A stretch of DNA of 63,826 bases, the filler included, from Squatina squatina (Eukaryota): the NCBI GenBank assembly GCA_031763465.1. It is 4 parts of 4 records of this genome, joined end to end, with 100 filler letters (N's around TTAATTAATTAA, not from the genome) between each part and the next. Parts side by side here need not be neighbours in the genome. Positions count along the whole stretch, not along the records: positions 31,551 to 51,435 come from JARFOE010000192.1; positions 51,536 to 63,826 come from JARFOE010000234.1; 2 more parts are not named here. One strand, 5' to 3'. The first letter of the stretch is position 1. The number at the start of each line of letters is the position of its first letter. A model generated the notes under the pieces. It searched no databases. It was given only the letters and a program-made list of their open reading frames with translations, and had not been told where the DNA came from. The position numbers and the translations under genes are program-made. This document shows positions 49,951 to 63,826 of the stretch, in pieces.

Positions 49951-51435
49951 GAGCCTAGTCTCAGGGNNNNNNNNNNNNNNNNNNNNNNNNNNNNNNNNNN
50001 NNNNNNNNNNNNNNNNNNNNNNNNNNNNNNNNNNNNNNNNNNNNNNNNNNNNNNNNNNNNNNNNNNATCAAACAGCTGCGTAAGGAACCTTGCCTATAAA
50101 CGGATGTTTGAAAGTTGCTATTTTACTGAGCTGTAACTTCTCTAATGGCTGGGTCGAGCCATATAAGGCAGCAGTTGGTAAACAACATCACTGGAGAACA
50201 CTGGCAGGCTGAATCTGGAGAAAAACAGCAACATCTGCTTCTGGTGGCAGGTTGCTGAGGTGTTCCAACCCCTGGAGGTATTGGCAAAGACTACCTTTTT
50301 AGGTGGATTTTGGCACCTCAGTTGACAGCAGCTCTGCTTCATTTACTTTACAGCAGTGCTGCCAGTTTGGAGCTGAAGTCACTGTTAGTGCTGCAAGGTA
50401 AAATGGGCATGAATTTTTCATAGTTGGGGTAAGTATTTGGATCAATATTAACTTCCGTTTCAGAGTCTATGAAATTCAATGTGTCTGTAAATTGAAACTT
50501 ATAGCAGATGCATGACAGGCTGGTGAGTAGAACCTCCTCCCTCGAGGAGTCGAGATAAAGGAGCTGTTGCAGAGGGTAGTCCATTAGGCAGTGGGTAACT
50601 CAACACTACTGAAACAACAGTTGTAAAACTGCCACAATAAGACAGATTCCACCATGTTGACAGACCACTGAAATTTAATTTTGTTTTTATATCGGTTATG
50701 CTCTTCCAGCAACTCTCAAAATATCGAGGCATACAGGCATTGGCTGTGAATTCTGAAATGCAATCACACATGAAAGGACTTGAACCACAGGACCATGCTG
50801 ATAACACAATAGGAGGCCATTTCACCCATAAGAACTTGTGACAGTGCGAGATCCATATCTTCTGTAATCGCACTTTGGTGTTGTTTCAGTTCTCTCTCAC
50901 ATTTGTGAACAGAAAATTGTTGCCTGCTGTGTAAACTGGCAGCTCTTCTGGATTGAGCTAAAATTCTAATTTTAATTAGCTCAATTCAGAAAACTAGTTC
51001 TGAATTCTGTCTTAATTCAGTTCTTAGTCAGTTTTTCATCTTTTATGTGTGAATATTTGTGCTTGTCAATTTGAGATGTATGCCGATGAATTTGGAAGAG
51101 AACATTTTTCTTCTTTTTGCACACGTCATCGTCGAGTGCTGCTCAGATTCAGAATGGAACTTCTTCTGCGACAATAACTCCTCAGGAAAGCACCCGTTAA
51201 TGTATCAGTTTGAAATCTGCATCTTTCACAACAGCTATACTTACAGTACCCGAATGAGATTGCAAATTTAGTGCCAAATAATGCTGGTTATGGGAAATTT
51301 TATGTGGAACCATGCCCAGTTGGAGCTGGATTGAGACTTCCATCCTGTTGGTCTGCATTGTATTTGAGTGAGCATAGTTTTAGCCCATAGCCCCATCTTG
51401 TCCCAAAGGTGATTTGTTTCTGCAATGTGCTCCGA

Positions 51436-51535
51436 NNNNNNNNNNNNNNNNNNNNNNNNNNNNNNNNNNNNNNNNNNNNTTAATTAATTAANNNNNNNNN
51501 NNNNNNNNNNNNNNNNNNNNNNNNNNNNNNNNNNN
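51436..51535. other. Artificial scaffold linker 44N-TTAATTAATTAA-44N
   Basis: Same structure, core at 51480-51491. Confidence 0.95.
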
Positions 51536-52191
51536 TATAGGATTAACATTTCATTTTCAGATTAAACAAGTCAAATATTGTAGGATGTTTGCCTATAGAA
51601 ACTATCAGCTTCCACCAGATTAAATTACCAGCCAACGAAAAACACATTTAGAAAAGGAAAGGAAATGATAAAATAGTGTCTTTCTGGTGTGGCGCTATAA
51701 AAACAATTAGGGTGTCTGTCATTATATGCTGTAGCTCTAATTATCAGAGTACAGACTTCTTTTCCCCTTTCTTTTGCTTGCAGTGAACTGTGCTTTGGCC
51801 TCAGATAATAACTGGTTCGTAGAGACAGCTTGACTTTTGAATGGAGAGAATCATTTAGCCCAAGGCTCAAACAACTGTAACGTGCTGTTCCTACAACACT
51901 AAAGTTCTAATGTGTTTCACAAATTTGTCATTAAATAAATGAATAGAACACCGAGTTTTGAACTAAGTTGAGTCTGACAGGCATGCTGTGTCTGTGCAAT
52001 GTTTTAGTCACACAGTTTGAGATCTGTGCTCGCTCCCAAGAGTGTATGGATAACACACTATCTGTTGTCTCACACTCTCACTGTGCTCTAGAAAAAGGAA
52101 ACAAAAACTGTACTGAGAATCATCTCAGTTGTAAAAACCAGCCACCTACATCATGTACGGACATTGTGAGTTAAGTTTACGACGAACGTAC

Positions 52192-52405
52192 CTTTGTGAC
52201 ATTATCTTATAGGCATCTGGTAGGAAGCACCGAATATTCTCCATCTGGGCTTGGTCAGCATCACAGATTTTGTCATCAGTTCTTCCGTAATTGGCACTTT
52301 CAATCATAATGACATCAGTTCCAGGACAGCGGAGTTCAATTGGATAACTTTCACAGGACAGTTCCCTCCTAACCACAGCCATCGGAACTGGGGCTCGGCT
52401 AAAGG
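52192..52405 (-). CDS. ADGRL3: Latrophilin-3 (adhesion GPCR L3) coding exon, N-terminal part of the SUEL/rhamnose-binding lectin domain (214 bp)
   Basis: CATCTTGCAG|CCTTTAGCCGA...ATGTCACAAAG|GTACGT. Translates [89 protein letters not shown] and AQMENIRC fit ADGRL3 rather than ADGRL1/2. Confidence 0.95.
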
Positions 52406-53354
52406 CTGCAAGATGAACCAGACAATAATGTGAATTATGGTGCATTTTTAATGCTTCAACTTTTTCATAGGAGAAAGCAAACAACAATCTCTTACTTATC
52501 TCACCTCCAGCAAACAAATCTTGCTCTCCTGGTCACAATCTTACTTTGCTCTGTTTTATCAATGCGACTAGGTCCGTGCTGCTCTGAACTTTCCTCTTTC
52601 ATTCTTCCCAAGCTTCAAATATCCGTTCCTGCAGACTCTTCCTCCTCCCTGAACCCCTATTGTGTTTTAAATCAGGACTCATCATAGCATCTCCTACTCA
52701 AATTCATCTGTTCCATTAAAATAGCAGAAATCATAATCTGCCTCGGTCTTCACTCTCTCCTAGTCATCAGACTTTTAAAATGCTAGCTTGGTGCTACCAA
52801 ATCATTATNNNNNNNNNNNNNNNNNNNNNNNNNNNNNNNNNNNNNNNNNNNNNNNNNNNNNNNNNNNNNNNNNNNNNNNNNNNNNNNNNNNNNNNNNNNN
52901 NNNNNNNNAGAAACACCTTTGGGATGCTTCACCCATCGAAAACAAAATACTTCTACAGTTAGCCTAAAATCACTAGCTCCACTTTCACAAAAACATTTCT
53001 ACAAGATCGTTTAAATTAAATAATTTGCTGTTAGATGGGTTAGAGACGGAGCCTGTCAGTTAGACAAAAGGATGGGTGAAAACCACAAGCCAAAGGGTGA
53101 AGTAAAACTAACTGCTGTCACTATGGCCCTCAGGTCTTGCTTTCTTACTGCATTAACCTTTAAAAACATCCTGTAACATAACCCCAGCCTCTCCTTTGTG
53201 ATTTGCCTTCTAATGGAAGTTTGATTAGGCCACCAAAGACCAAGTGGTGTTCTTTTACTGCAATGCTGTAAACTCTCTGATCCCCAAGGTAATCTATTTA
53301 GCACATCTGTCAACTATTGCTGTGTATTCAGGGCAAAAAGCAAAAAGCATTTAA

Positions 53355-53490
53355 GAACAAAGGAACATAAGAAATAGGAGCAGGAATAGCTCATTCATCC
53401 CTTCAAGCCTGCTCCGCCATTCAATAAGATCATGGCTCATCTTCTACCTCAACTCCACCTTTCTGCACTTTCCCCATATCTCTTCACTTC
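53355..53490 (-). mobile_element. CR1 3' tail fragment
   Basis: gaacataagaaataggagcagga...gcctgctccgccattcaataagatcatggct. Confidence 0.8.
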
Positions 53491-53546
53491 CTTATTTATC
53501 CACAAAAAAGATCTAAAAAAGCCATGATTTCTGCAGACTTATATTA

Positions 53547-53791
53547 GAGTCATAGAAATTTACAGCACGGAAGGAGGCCATTCAGCCCATCGTGCCCGCA
53601 CCAACCAACAAAGAGCCTTGTAGGTTACAGCACTTCAAGTGCACCTCCAAGTACTTTTTAAATGGTATGAGGGTTCCTGCCTCTACCACCCTCTCAGGCA
53701 GTGAGTTCCAGAGGCCCAGCACCGTCTGCGTGAAAAAAATTCCCCTTGAATCCCCTCTAAGCCCCCTACCAATTACTTTAAATCTATGCCC
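53547..53791 (-). mobile_element. CR1 3' fragment
   Basis: catagaaatttacagcacggaaggaggccatt...ctctaccaccctctcaggcagtgagttccag, the reverse of the 18358-18560 type. Confidence 0.8.
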
Positions 53792-54929
53792 NNNNNNNNN
53801 NNNNNNNNNNNNNNNNNNNNNNNNNNNNNNNNNNNNNNNNNNNNNNNNNNNNNNNNNNNNNNNNNNNNNNNNNNNNNNNNNNNNNNNNNNNTGTCAGACA
53901 GCATCATTATTGCAGCTGGGCCGAGTGGATGTGGGAGTGCGAGTGACAACACAATGACCGTGTGCAGTCAATCAGCTGATCTCAAAAGGCAGACAATTGC
54001 ACACAGTTTACTAAATAAACAGTTTACAACATGGTGCATGGATCAGTAAATACTAATTGGGTGGTATGTGTTATTACAGAGATCACAAATTATAGCAGGA
54101 GCATTTTATTACGTTGCAGATGGATGTTTTAGTACGCTCATAAATCTAATTGGCTTTCAGTTCAAATCTGCAAGAGGTAGTCAATATAATGACCACCAGA
54201 AGGTACCTTCTAATCACAGGGTATTTGTTGAAGAGCACAGCAATATGTTCTGATCCGCTGTAACATAATCAGCACAATATTTGCTATTTTACAGACAATT
54301 AAAGCTACATTCCCCTATAATTTGTTTCCATCTCACTGAAGAGTACTCCATAAAATAGCCACTTTTTGCAAGCCATCATAATAAAATTTCATTTGCTTTA
54401 AGAAACATTATAAACTACAAAGCAACTGCATCTCCAAGGCAACTGCATGTCGTGCAACATTTCAATCTCTGACTTTTCCCCAAAGGCATCCCAGAGTGGC
54501 TCAAGAGGATTTACTCCCGTCCAGACAAACTGGAAATCCTAGACACACAAAAGGTGCACATTTTGACATTGGTAGTTTTATGCTGGCTTTGCCATGCTTC
54601 ATTGAACCAGCTGCACACTATTTTATGCTACCCACATTTTATTCTGAATGGTATAATTTTTATAGGTTTTTCAATTGGCTATTTGTTTGGTACATCAACA
54701 GTTAACAAGTATTTCAGTCAATAGTTACATTTCACCTGAATAACCTGTGATGCCCCAAAATGAAACACTTTCAGGTGTGATGTCTTTGAAAGATCTGACA
54801 TGCAAGACACACACACACTAAGACTCATTCAGGCGTAGAATGGTGTTTGCAAGGATTGCTGGTGAGAAAATTACTGGCCTGCAGTATCTCATTTTTCATC
54901 CATTTACATTAATCGACAAGAAAAAATGC

Positions 54930-55118
54930 AACTGAATATATTCAAGGCTGAGATCAACAGATTTTTGAGCAACAGGGGAGTCAAAGGTTATGGGGATCAG
55001 GCAGGAAAGTGGAGTTAAGGTCAGAATCTGATCAGCCATGATCTCATTGAATGGTGGAGCAGGCTCGAGGGGCCGAATGGCCTACTCCTGCTCCTATTTC
55101 TTATGCTCTTTATGTTCT
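54930..55118 (+). mobile_element. CR1 3' fragment
   Basis: atattcaaggctgagat...ggagcaggctcgaggggccgaatggcctactcctgctcctatttcttatg. Confidence 0.85.
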
Positions 55119-57375
55119 AAGAAACAAACTGCTTGGAAGATTTTATCTAGTCACTACATGGGGAAATGCTAAATGCATTAAGAACACATTTCACGACACA
55201 GAGGAAATCTTTCCTTATCAATAATCCAGACGTGTTGATCAAATGTGTCAGAGCTACAGATTAAAAACATCCAAAAACATCCATGGAAGATACATTGGCT
55301 TGGAGGCAGTAATATGCAGCTTGGCCTGCGCCCTACCAATCTACATGTTAGAAAACGATGCTGGCAGTGCACCATACCCAGCAGGTAATATTTCCATGAT
55401 GTGAAAAAACTAATGAAACAGAGATAAGTCTTCAACAAACAAGTAGTAAGCTGAGGGGACTTAAAGGGCTGATTCCCCAGTCTGGTGCCCACAGCAGGAG
55501 AGCAGCGCAGTAGTGGGCAGGCATACTCTAGTGCAGGTAGAGCAACATGGTAGGTTCAGCCACCTCAAAAGTTCAGTGAGTTTTTGAGGCCATATTAGGA
55601 AATTCAATGTAAATGTATGCTAATGAATCCTGCAGCTCTGCTCTTTATCCGCTGTGTGCCAGTGTAGAATGCGCACCTGATAACCTCCAAGATGAGCATG
55701 TCAAAAGGGCCAGGTGAGAGAGATCACTGCAAGCCCTGCCTGTACCAGAATTTGTGAGAGGGGCTTCTAAAGGCCCCTCTAAAAGCAGGAACTGCCAAGC
55801 GACCCCAGCAACAGGGGACCTCTAAGCAGTGCTGAAGGTGCATTGGGGCAGCTGTCACTACATTCAGAGGAAACAATCATTCTAAATGACAACTCCAGAC
55901 ACAAACTTCTATCCCCTTATCTAGCTTTTATGCTGGCTCTTCAGTATCTTNNNNNNNNNNNNNNNNNNNNNNNNNNNNNNNNNNNNNNNNNNNNNNNNNN
56001 NNNNNNNNNNNNNNNNNNNNNNNNNNNNNNNNNNNNNNNNNNNNNNNNNNATTCACTTATTGTAGAAATTCTCTCCTCAATGTTATGTACATTACTTAAC
56101 CCTGCAATTAATTACCTTTTCTTAGACATTTTTGTTGCAGTGTAAGTATCCCATTTATGAGATTCTACGTGCAGCCAGTGATAATGGGGTTTAGATTGCA
56201 GCTAAAGCACTTAGGTATTCAAGGTCAAATATACAAGTGATTATTTACAGTAGCATAAAAAAACATTTATTCGTGGATAAAATGCAACATTTTTGTGACT
56301 ATTTTTGGAGACAATAGGACTCTGGCCCTCCTCTCTTCACACCCCACCTATAACATTTCCAACAAACTCAGCAACCCTTGATCCAGTCTCTGCAGTTCAA
56401 GGCCCTGCCTGTAATCTGCTCATTTTCACTAAATGGAGCGACTGGAGTTGTTGCAGACAACCTGTGCTCCTACGTGTGGGCTGATAATGTATGCAGCCGC
56501 AGGCAGCCATGAGAGATTCTCTCAACACTTCCTGTTCATCAACAGTAACTCCTCTTTTCTTCTCTCCTCTCCCAGCAGAAAAGTTCACTCATTGCAACCA
56601 GTTATACATCTGAATAGCCAAACGCTGTCTGCATGCCCTGAGAGGGTGCCTTTAACTGCAAAATACTGGGGAAAAAGTGTTTCCCCGTGCATAGTCCCTT
56701 NNNNNNNNNNNNNNNNNNNNNNNNNNNNNNNNNNNNNNNNNNNNNNNNNNNNNNNNNNNNNNNNNNNNNNNNNNNNNNNNNNNNNNNNNNNNNNNNNNNN
56801 ATGTTCTATCCATAGCCAAAGATGTACAGTGCAGTACAACAAGCAGTACAGAGTCTGTAGCAGTTGAGAGCAGAGGCCTGCGCATTAGGTTGCGCTGTTC
56901 TTGTAAGCAATTTGAGTCCAAATCTACAATAAATTTGATTTCAAATTCACTTTAAGTAATCTCCACAGAATTGTGGAAATAAAGTCTAACTGGAATGTAT
57001 ATATTACACATCAAACAGCTGATGAAAGCCATATGAGGAATGTACAGAACTCCCAAGTGGTAAGCGGGTCAGGAAGGGTGAGCGTTTGAAGGAATATATT
57101 ATATACATAAATTCAAATTAAGTTAAAAATGGATACTATTTTCAAATGCTCATTTAATATCTCCTTCTGTTGAGTGTTAACACAGAAAATTACATGGTCT
57201 TCCTTTTATGATGTAATACTAGGACCCAAGTGACAAGTGTATATAAAAAACTACAAAAGTATAATTCAAAAAGTGAGCTATTAGTTGATGTAACTGTGTT
57301 CTATAGAAATAATAACTCATCACTGTTAAATGGTTTATTTTTGTATGATTAGATAGGTGGTCATATTAAAGAGAT

Positions 57376-57411
57376 TAAAACAGAGAATGCTGGAAATACT
57401 CAGCAGGTCTG
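57376..57411 (-). mobile_element. End of a further Penelope-type repeat copy (rest in gap)
   Basis: aaaacagagaatgctggaaatactcagcaggtctg is similar to the reverse complement of 45195-45225. Confidence 0.6.
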
Positions 57412-58786
57412 NNNNNNNNNNNNNNNNNNNNNNNNNNNNNNNNNNNNNNNNNNNNNNNNNNNNNNNNNNNNNNNNNNNNNNNNNNNNNNNNNNNNNNNNN
57501 NNNNNNNNNNNAGTTAGTATTCCACCTTCTGACCGCCCCCCCAACATACATCTCCTTTAATAATCTGTTATTGTCACACTGTATCATGAACTCCTGCAGT
57601 TTATATTAATCAAGCCCACGTCAAGCATCACGTAGCAGTAGGAGCTGTGCCATCGCATAAGTGGACGATAAACGCAGCAAAATCATTCAGCAGCACTACA
57701 GACACACTTGACACAACAACTTCCCTAAATGGCATTAGGCAGTCATGTGTCCCTACTAAACGCAACCTTTGTCTGCAGCATCACTTGGTCCATAGAGCTT
57801 CAATTATCTTCCTCCATGGAACATTTGTTTGTTAAATACACTCAAGTCACTAATTACCTCCCATGAACAAAATAAATCTCCCACCACACCGTACAAGTTT
57901 CCCTACACTGGTTACCATTGTACCATCTTCAAGATACATAGTAATCTTAACAAATTGATACAATTAATTTATAGCCTCCACTCACCTTTACAATAAATAT
58001 GAATTACCATCACAGTCAGTTATTATGAACGAACCTCCTCCATACTTCTGCCACTTGCTGAATGTACCATTGATACACAAGCAATACAGCTTACCATCTT
58101 AACTGCTGTGTCTCCTGATTAAAGAAATGACTTTTTCAAATACTCCTCAGGTAGATATCAATGTAATATTAATTGGAAGTTCATTTTCAATATTATTCTC
58201 TACAATAGTGATTATTCTCCATTTCTTTGTATCCACTGCAGACTAGTGGCAAGTCACAATTCTGTGGAGCAATCACTTGAAATGGGTCAATTCCCATCAA
58301 GTGAATAACCTTAAAAAGATCCAATTATGTTAAGAGCATTTCAGAAAACTAGCGACTCACAAAAAATTAATTAATTCTGGGTTTTTTTCCCCCATTCTGC
58401 CTACACGATTGAAAGATCAGTTAATCAAGGTTACTTCAGAGTCATTAAGGTAAAATAAAAATTAAACACAAAAACTGTACTTGGAAATACGGAGTAAAAT
58501 TAATTAATGGATTCAAATTACCAATCTGTCCCAATTACAAATAGTTCCACTGAACACAGCTCAACAGCGTATAATAATTAAATTATCAAGCACGATTAAA
58601 ACAATGTTTAATTATTTGCAAAAATTCCCAAAGAAAACTGAATTTGTTCCCATGCTGAATCTAACATCCGAGTGTCAATAGCCCTTNNNNNNNNNNNNNN
58701 NNNNNNNNNNNNNNNNNNNNNNNNNNNNNNNNNNNNNNNNNNNNNNNNNNNNNNNNNNNNNNNNNNNNNNNNNNNNNNNNNNNNNN

Positions 58787-58862
58787 GATGATTTCGCCAC
58801 TTTCCAAATGTGCTGCTATCATATCTTTAATAACTGACTCCAGCATTTTCCCCACTACCGAT
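58787..58862 (-). mobile_element. CR1 RT fragment
   Basis: SVVGKMLESVIKDMIAAHLESGEII. Confidence 0.7.
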
Positions 58863-61800
58863 GGAAGGGAGTGGAAGGGAAACTAAGTTTACAGTGAGCC
58901 TGTGTTCACAGGACAGCAAAAATACCTTTTAATCCATCAAGCTAACTCCAATAAGCCACATATATAATTATTACTGCCTGATGATCAGAATTACACAACT
59001 TTAAGTATGTTGGTACACTTGTGCACATACACAATGCATCCTCGGTCCGTTCTTCACTCATTGTCACACTATTCATTAGCTTTAATGCAGTATGTATTAT
59101 ACAGAATGAATAGAAGTGTGCTGGGGACTGGACAGGCAGGCAAGTGAAACACTTGCAATATCTGAATGATGTCAAACTGCAAAAGCAAAAGCTCAACAAT
59201 CCATCTTTTCAGAGTTTTCCTCCTTTCAGGGTTTTCTCTCACTTCTGGTATGAACCATTAACACCACATGGCTGTTCAAAATTTCTGTGAAGTTCTGCTT
59301 GATACAGAGAAGAGGGAACGTTTTACAACACTATGATGCCAGATCAAGTTTGCAAAGGCGTCAGGCAAGAGTATACACATTTCCTTCTACACGATTACAA
59401 CACTGCTGCCTGTGTAACGTACAATATTCAACTTAGGAAAGGTGCCATAATTAGAAAACCCCCCCACTTCAACATAAAATCAGCTCAGTTTCATACTGGA
59501 AGAATCAGGGAGAAAATGACCTCAGAAAGCAACAATCTAATCTGTCAAACACTCCCTAAACACGCCCAATTTGAAATGATTTGCTCCCTAGCACAGATGT
59601 GCAGAAGAAGAATTGGCTTCAGTACAGTCTCAAGGCCTGCAAACCAAACAGCACTGAGGATGGGGAGGAAGTGTGGGGTGCTCATTGAAAAGTCACTCCA
59701 GCTGAGGTTGAGGTCAGCAATCTATAAATTCTCTAAGCTACAGGCCATGTTCTCGGCCAATTCTCTTAGAGAAAGGTCCAATCCAAAGGCAGTGTCCTCT
59801 ACAGCACCTTCCTGAAGCCGCGGCCCGTAAATGTAATTCGATGAAAAGGCATCTGAGGCACAAAACAACAGTCACCTTCCAACTTCTCCAAGAGTTAACC
59901 TGTAACAAAGAATGACACCTGCACATTTTTCTTTCAATATGTCAGTGTCTGAAACTCAACAGAGTGGAAATACATTCATACAAACTGGTCTAACACACAT
60001 GACACCATTACAAATTAAACCAACTAAGTCTGGTGTCAGGGAATTAATGAGCTTCTCATGTAAATTGTGCATAATTTACAGTGGAGATCTTCTGTGTGCC
60101 AACAGGCTCTCATGGTGAATAACAATGAACAGAGGGGCCTCAAGACATTTCCATTTGACAATAATGCTTTAGACAGTTAGTCTCCTCCTCGTCTCAAATT
60201 GCAAAGCCGGTGACCCTGAACTGGGTTTTCTTTAAGGTTACATCTGCATTGCAGTTTCACTTCAGTGAAAGTGGCTTTTACTAGGGCGTCCCTCGACATC
60301 CCTGAGCTTCAATATGGAACCTGCTGGGTTACGGTCACATGTCTTGTGTATTCCCTGGAGGCAGCCGATGGTGCNNNNNNNNNNGAGATGTCACTGCATA
60401 TTTTAAAATTTGCATTGGCATACCTCTGGGAGCATACATTTATACTCTGAATCATTAGTACATTGGAATTGAAGTATCTCGATTGGTAGGAATAGGACTA
60501 ATTAATACTTAAAAAAAATACATTTACAGTTCTTTATCCAGGCAAGCTGTGGTATGTTCCATGAAAAAAAAATCAGCTTGTGCAATCACCTCATGCTGCC
60601 GCTTTGAAATTAACTCATTCCCTGCTAAAGACAGAATTCCAACTGCACCTCCTGATCTCAGGAAAACACCAGATGGCATTCTGACTACAGCTGTGCAGAA
60701 TGGACAGAAGATGTAGCTGGTGAGAGTACTCGCTAAAGTAAACAACTAAAATCAAAAAAAGTTATGTTAGTTCAAAGCAAAAGTAGAAATGCTACAAGTA
60801 TATAGCATATCAATCAGCTTTCCAAGAGAAAATGTAGATTAACACTGCATTGGAAAACTCTGACAAGAAACAGGAAGTGTGCCCCTCAGAACCGACCAAC
60901 GAGGAGAGGAAGCATTCAATCCCAGGAACCATCTCGGAGAGGAGTCTGCACTCCTCAACTCTTGCACTTGTTCTTTCTTTCCTCCATTTTGTTCAGTTCT
61001 CTAAAAGGAGCTTGTTTCTGACAATTTCTGACAGAAGGATTTACATCCAAANNNNNNNNNNNNNNNNNNNNNNNNNNNNNNNNNNNNNNNNNNNNNNNNN
61101 NNNNNNNNNNNNNNNNNNNNNNNNNNNNNNNNNNNNNNNNNNNNNNNNNNNGTTTAAATTCAACGCAAAGGTAATACCAAAAACTACTAGGCCTAGTGGG
61201 TCCTACCATCAACTATTAGCATCCTATGGGGTAACACACCAACTCCTGCAGCAAAGTCATTAAGACGCAAGGTCAAAGAGAACCAACCAGTCAACCACTC
61301 AATTAGGTTTACTACCTTGTACACATCAGCAAGATAAATTAAGTAAATAGCATGAAACAAATGGAATGCCATTACGTTTTAACAGCATGCTGATGTTACT
61401 TGACCTCTGAAGGGAAGGTTTCGCACACACCCTGCATTTTCCACTGTCGACAGCTCCAATCTCAAAGACAAACAAGTCAATAATGCATCAACTACAATTC
61501 CTTCCCTTTAGTTGTCATTTAGGCTATAGGTGGCAATTAAAATTCACCTCTCCCAAACAATTTGTTCTCTTCCTCTCCTACAAGTTGTGACTCACTCACA
61601 GGCATCAGCAGCTGTCTAGTACTTTGCCCAAGTGACCATTCTTAATGCGAGAACCTAACCAGAAAAGGACTGAAATTTTGCTGAGGTTCTGCCAGTTTCA
61701 CACTGTGTCTTTAGTGAGACCCAAGTGGAACATCCAAGAGAAACAGCAGAGACTGATATTATTCCATCCGACCTTATGATGGGCAGGGGTGAAAGCAGGG

Positions 61801-63293
61801 GCAGGAACTCCCCAAGCTGCTGCTTGTGCTCCACAGCCTCATGATGACATTTGTGTGGCGACTAGTGAATGGAAGTCCACCATTGTCCACAAGGCCATGT
61901 GTACTCCACCAGTAAAGTCTTCCTTTTTAAAAAATATAAATGATGCACCTATCACATGATGGTGAAGTGCCCTCCCACTGACCCCGCACACTGAGGTGGG
62001 GTATGTGCCACAAGATACGGTCAGGTGCTACCTTGACGGTTATATCCCAATCACTACTTGAGGAATTTTAGAGGCAAAATAGCAGCAGGTCATTCAACTC
62101 CTTGGGAGAGGTTACATGACAGCCAATTCAGATCCTGTCTTCATCCAATATCAAAATAAATGCACTTTGCAGTGGGTGTCACTTAGATATTAATCCAGAA
62201 CACAGGATCCCATTCCCTGGATTGGAGCACTGAGGCCAACCCGAACAAGCAATTGAAGCTTTATAAATTTAGGAGTATGGATTCAGGTTAATGATTACCA
62301 CAATTAGTTTCTTATAAAATCAGAGCAGTGTGGTGATCTAATGGATATGAGCAGCAATTCATAGTTCCAGTATGGAGAGATTGGTGCAATTTCCCCCACA
62401 GACCAAGTTTCTCATCTCCATGCATCACTGTGGGATGAGAAAACCAGAGAGTCTGCCAAGTCAATGCATCGTGCTTCCTGACAGGTGGGGCAAGAACTGA
62501 GAGAGCATAGAGTTACTTGCCTGGCTGGATTTGGGCAGGGGGGTGTGGAAGGGCTGGGAAGAGAATGTGAAACAGATGAAGAATCTCTTTTATAGAAGAA
62601 TTTTTTTTTAAATACCAAATCTTCTCAATAATTGTCAGACTCAAACACATTTTTGAAATATACCACAGCTGTCAAAGCCAGAGTATGGAGTATATTTTAA
62701 ACTTTTGGACAAGCATCCGGTCTCGGAGGAGGAGGACACAGGAGAGGGACCACCGCTGTTGCCTCCACATGTATTTGCAAATTGCTGGTCAACTTTCCTG
62801 CAACAGTGATTTGTTTATTATCTTCACACTTGTTCACTTCAAAAAGTGTGCAGCTTCACTATTGGCGTAAAATTTTTCCTGGTTTGCAGTTGGAATGTCA
62901 CATTTATTGAGTCTTGAACGATTTTCTCTGAACACCAACACCACAGTCCTTGTTGTCAGCTGTTTGTAAAATATGGTTTTAGGAAGCCATTAATCAGACA
63001 TGCAAACATGTATGCCTCACCCAATCTATGTCTGTAGAATTGTGCCTTTGATGCCAGCCACAATGAGGCTTTGAAGAACTTTAATGTTCATCATATGGTC
63101 TCGCCACTTCATGTTCATGAGATGGTACATACCTTCGGTGGAATCTCTCCAGCTGCTACATACATTTGGAAGCCACTGCACTCAAGACAGCAACCCACGT
63201 GTAAAGCTGCTTGCTGAAGGGACATTGAGTAGTTAAAACAATCACACATGCTTCTTAAAAGGCCAGCAAACTGTTTTGTAATCACGGGTCTAG

Positions 63294-63826
63294 ACATAGA
63301 AAATAGAAGGAGTAGGCCATTCGGCCCTTCGAGCCTGGATCATCCAAATGCAGTACCTTGTTCCCGCTTTCTCATCATATCCCATGATCCCTTTAGCCCT
63401 AAGAACGATATTACTCTTGAATATACTCAATGATTTGGCCTCAACTAACCTCTGTGGGAGAGAATTCCACAGGTTCACCACTCCCTGGGTGAAGAAATTT
63501 CTCCTCATTTCAGTCCTAAATGGCCGACCCCTTATCCTTAGACTGTGACCCCTGGAACATCCTTCCTGCATCTAGTCTGTCCAGTCCTGCCAGAATTTTG
63601 TAAGTTTCAATGAGATCCCCTCATTCTTTTGAACTCCAGCGAGTACAAGCCTAATTGACACAATCTCTCTTCATATGTCAGTCCTGCCATCCCAGGAATC
63701 AGTCTGGTGAACATTCGCTGCACTCTATAGCAAGAACAGCCTTCCTCAGGTAAGGAGACCAAAACTGCACACAATACTCAAGGTGTGGTCTCACCAAGGT
63801 CCGGTATAATTGCAGCAAGACATCCC
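63294..63826 (-). mobile_element. CR1 ORF2 C-terminus and 3' UTR, relatively intact
   Basis: SRGHSLRIRGRPFRTEMRRNFFTQGVVNLWNSLPQRLVEAKSLSIFK plus the ggccgaatggcctactcc tail. Runs off the window end. Confidence 0.9.

Overview
Vertebrate genomic DNA, most likely a cartilaginous fish (shark), inferred from CR1 3' tails, SacSINE1/Deu-type SINEs and Penelope-type repeats. It comes from a gappy draft assembly. Three artificial 100-nt linkers (44N + TTAATTAATTAA + 44N) split the window into four blocks that are probably unrelated: 1-15195, 15296-31450, 31551-51435 and 51536-63826. Block 2 holds four consecutive in-frame minus-strand coding exons of NFIC, equivalent to human exons 4-7. Block 4 holds the 214-bp lectin-domain exon of latrophilin-3 (ADGRL3) on the minus strand. 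I recognise no host coding exons in blocks 1 or 3. The rest is intronic or intergenic DNA full of decayed transposons: CR1, L2 and RTE LINEs, tRNA-derived Deu SINEs, PIF/Harbinger relics (a DDE transposase piece and a Myb/SANT piece, plus non-autonomous derivatives), a hAT end, and Penelope-type repeats with a minimal hammerhead-ribozyme core. I cannot support a genuinely new biological system. The best leads are the hammerhead-bearing repeats, the Harbinger relics and an unexplained cluster of perfect inverted repeats at about 38.5 kb. Gene and family assignments are from remembered sequences, not searches, and repeat boundaries are approximate.
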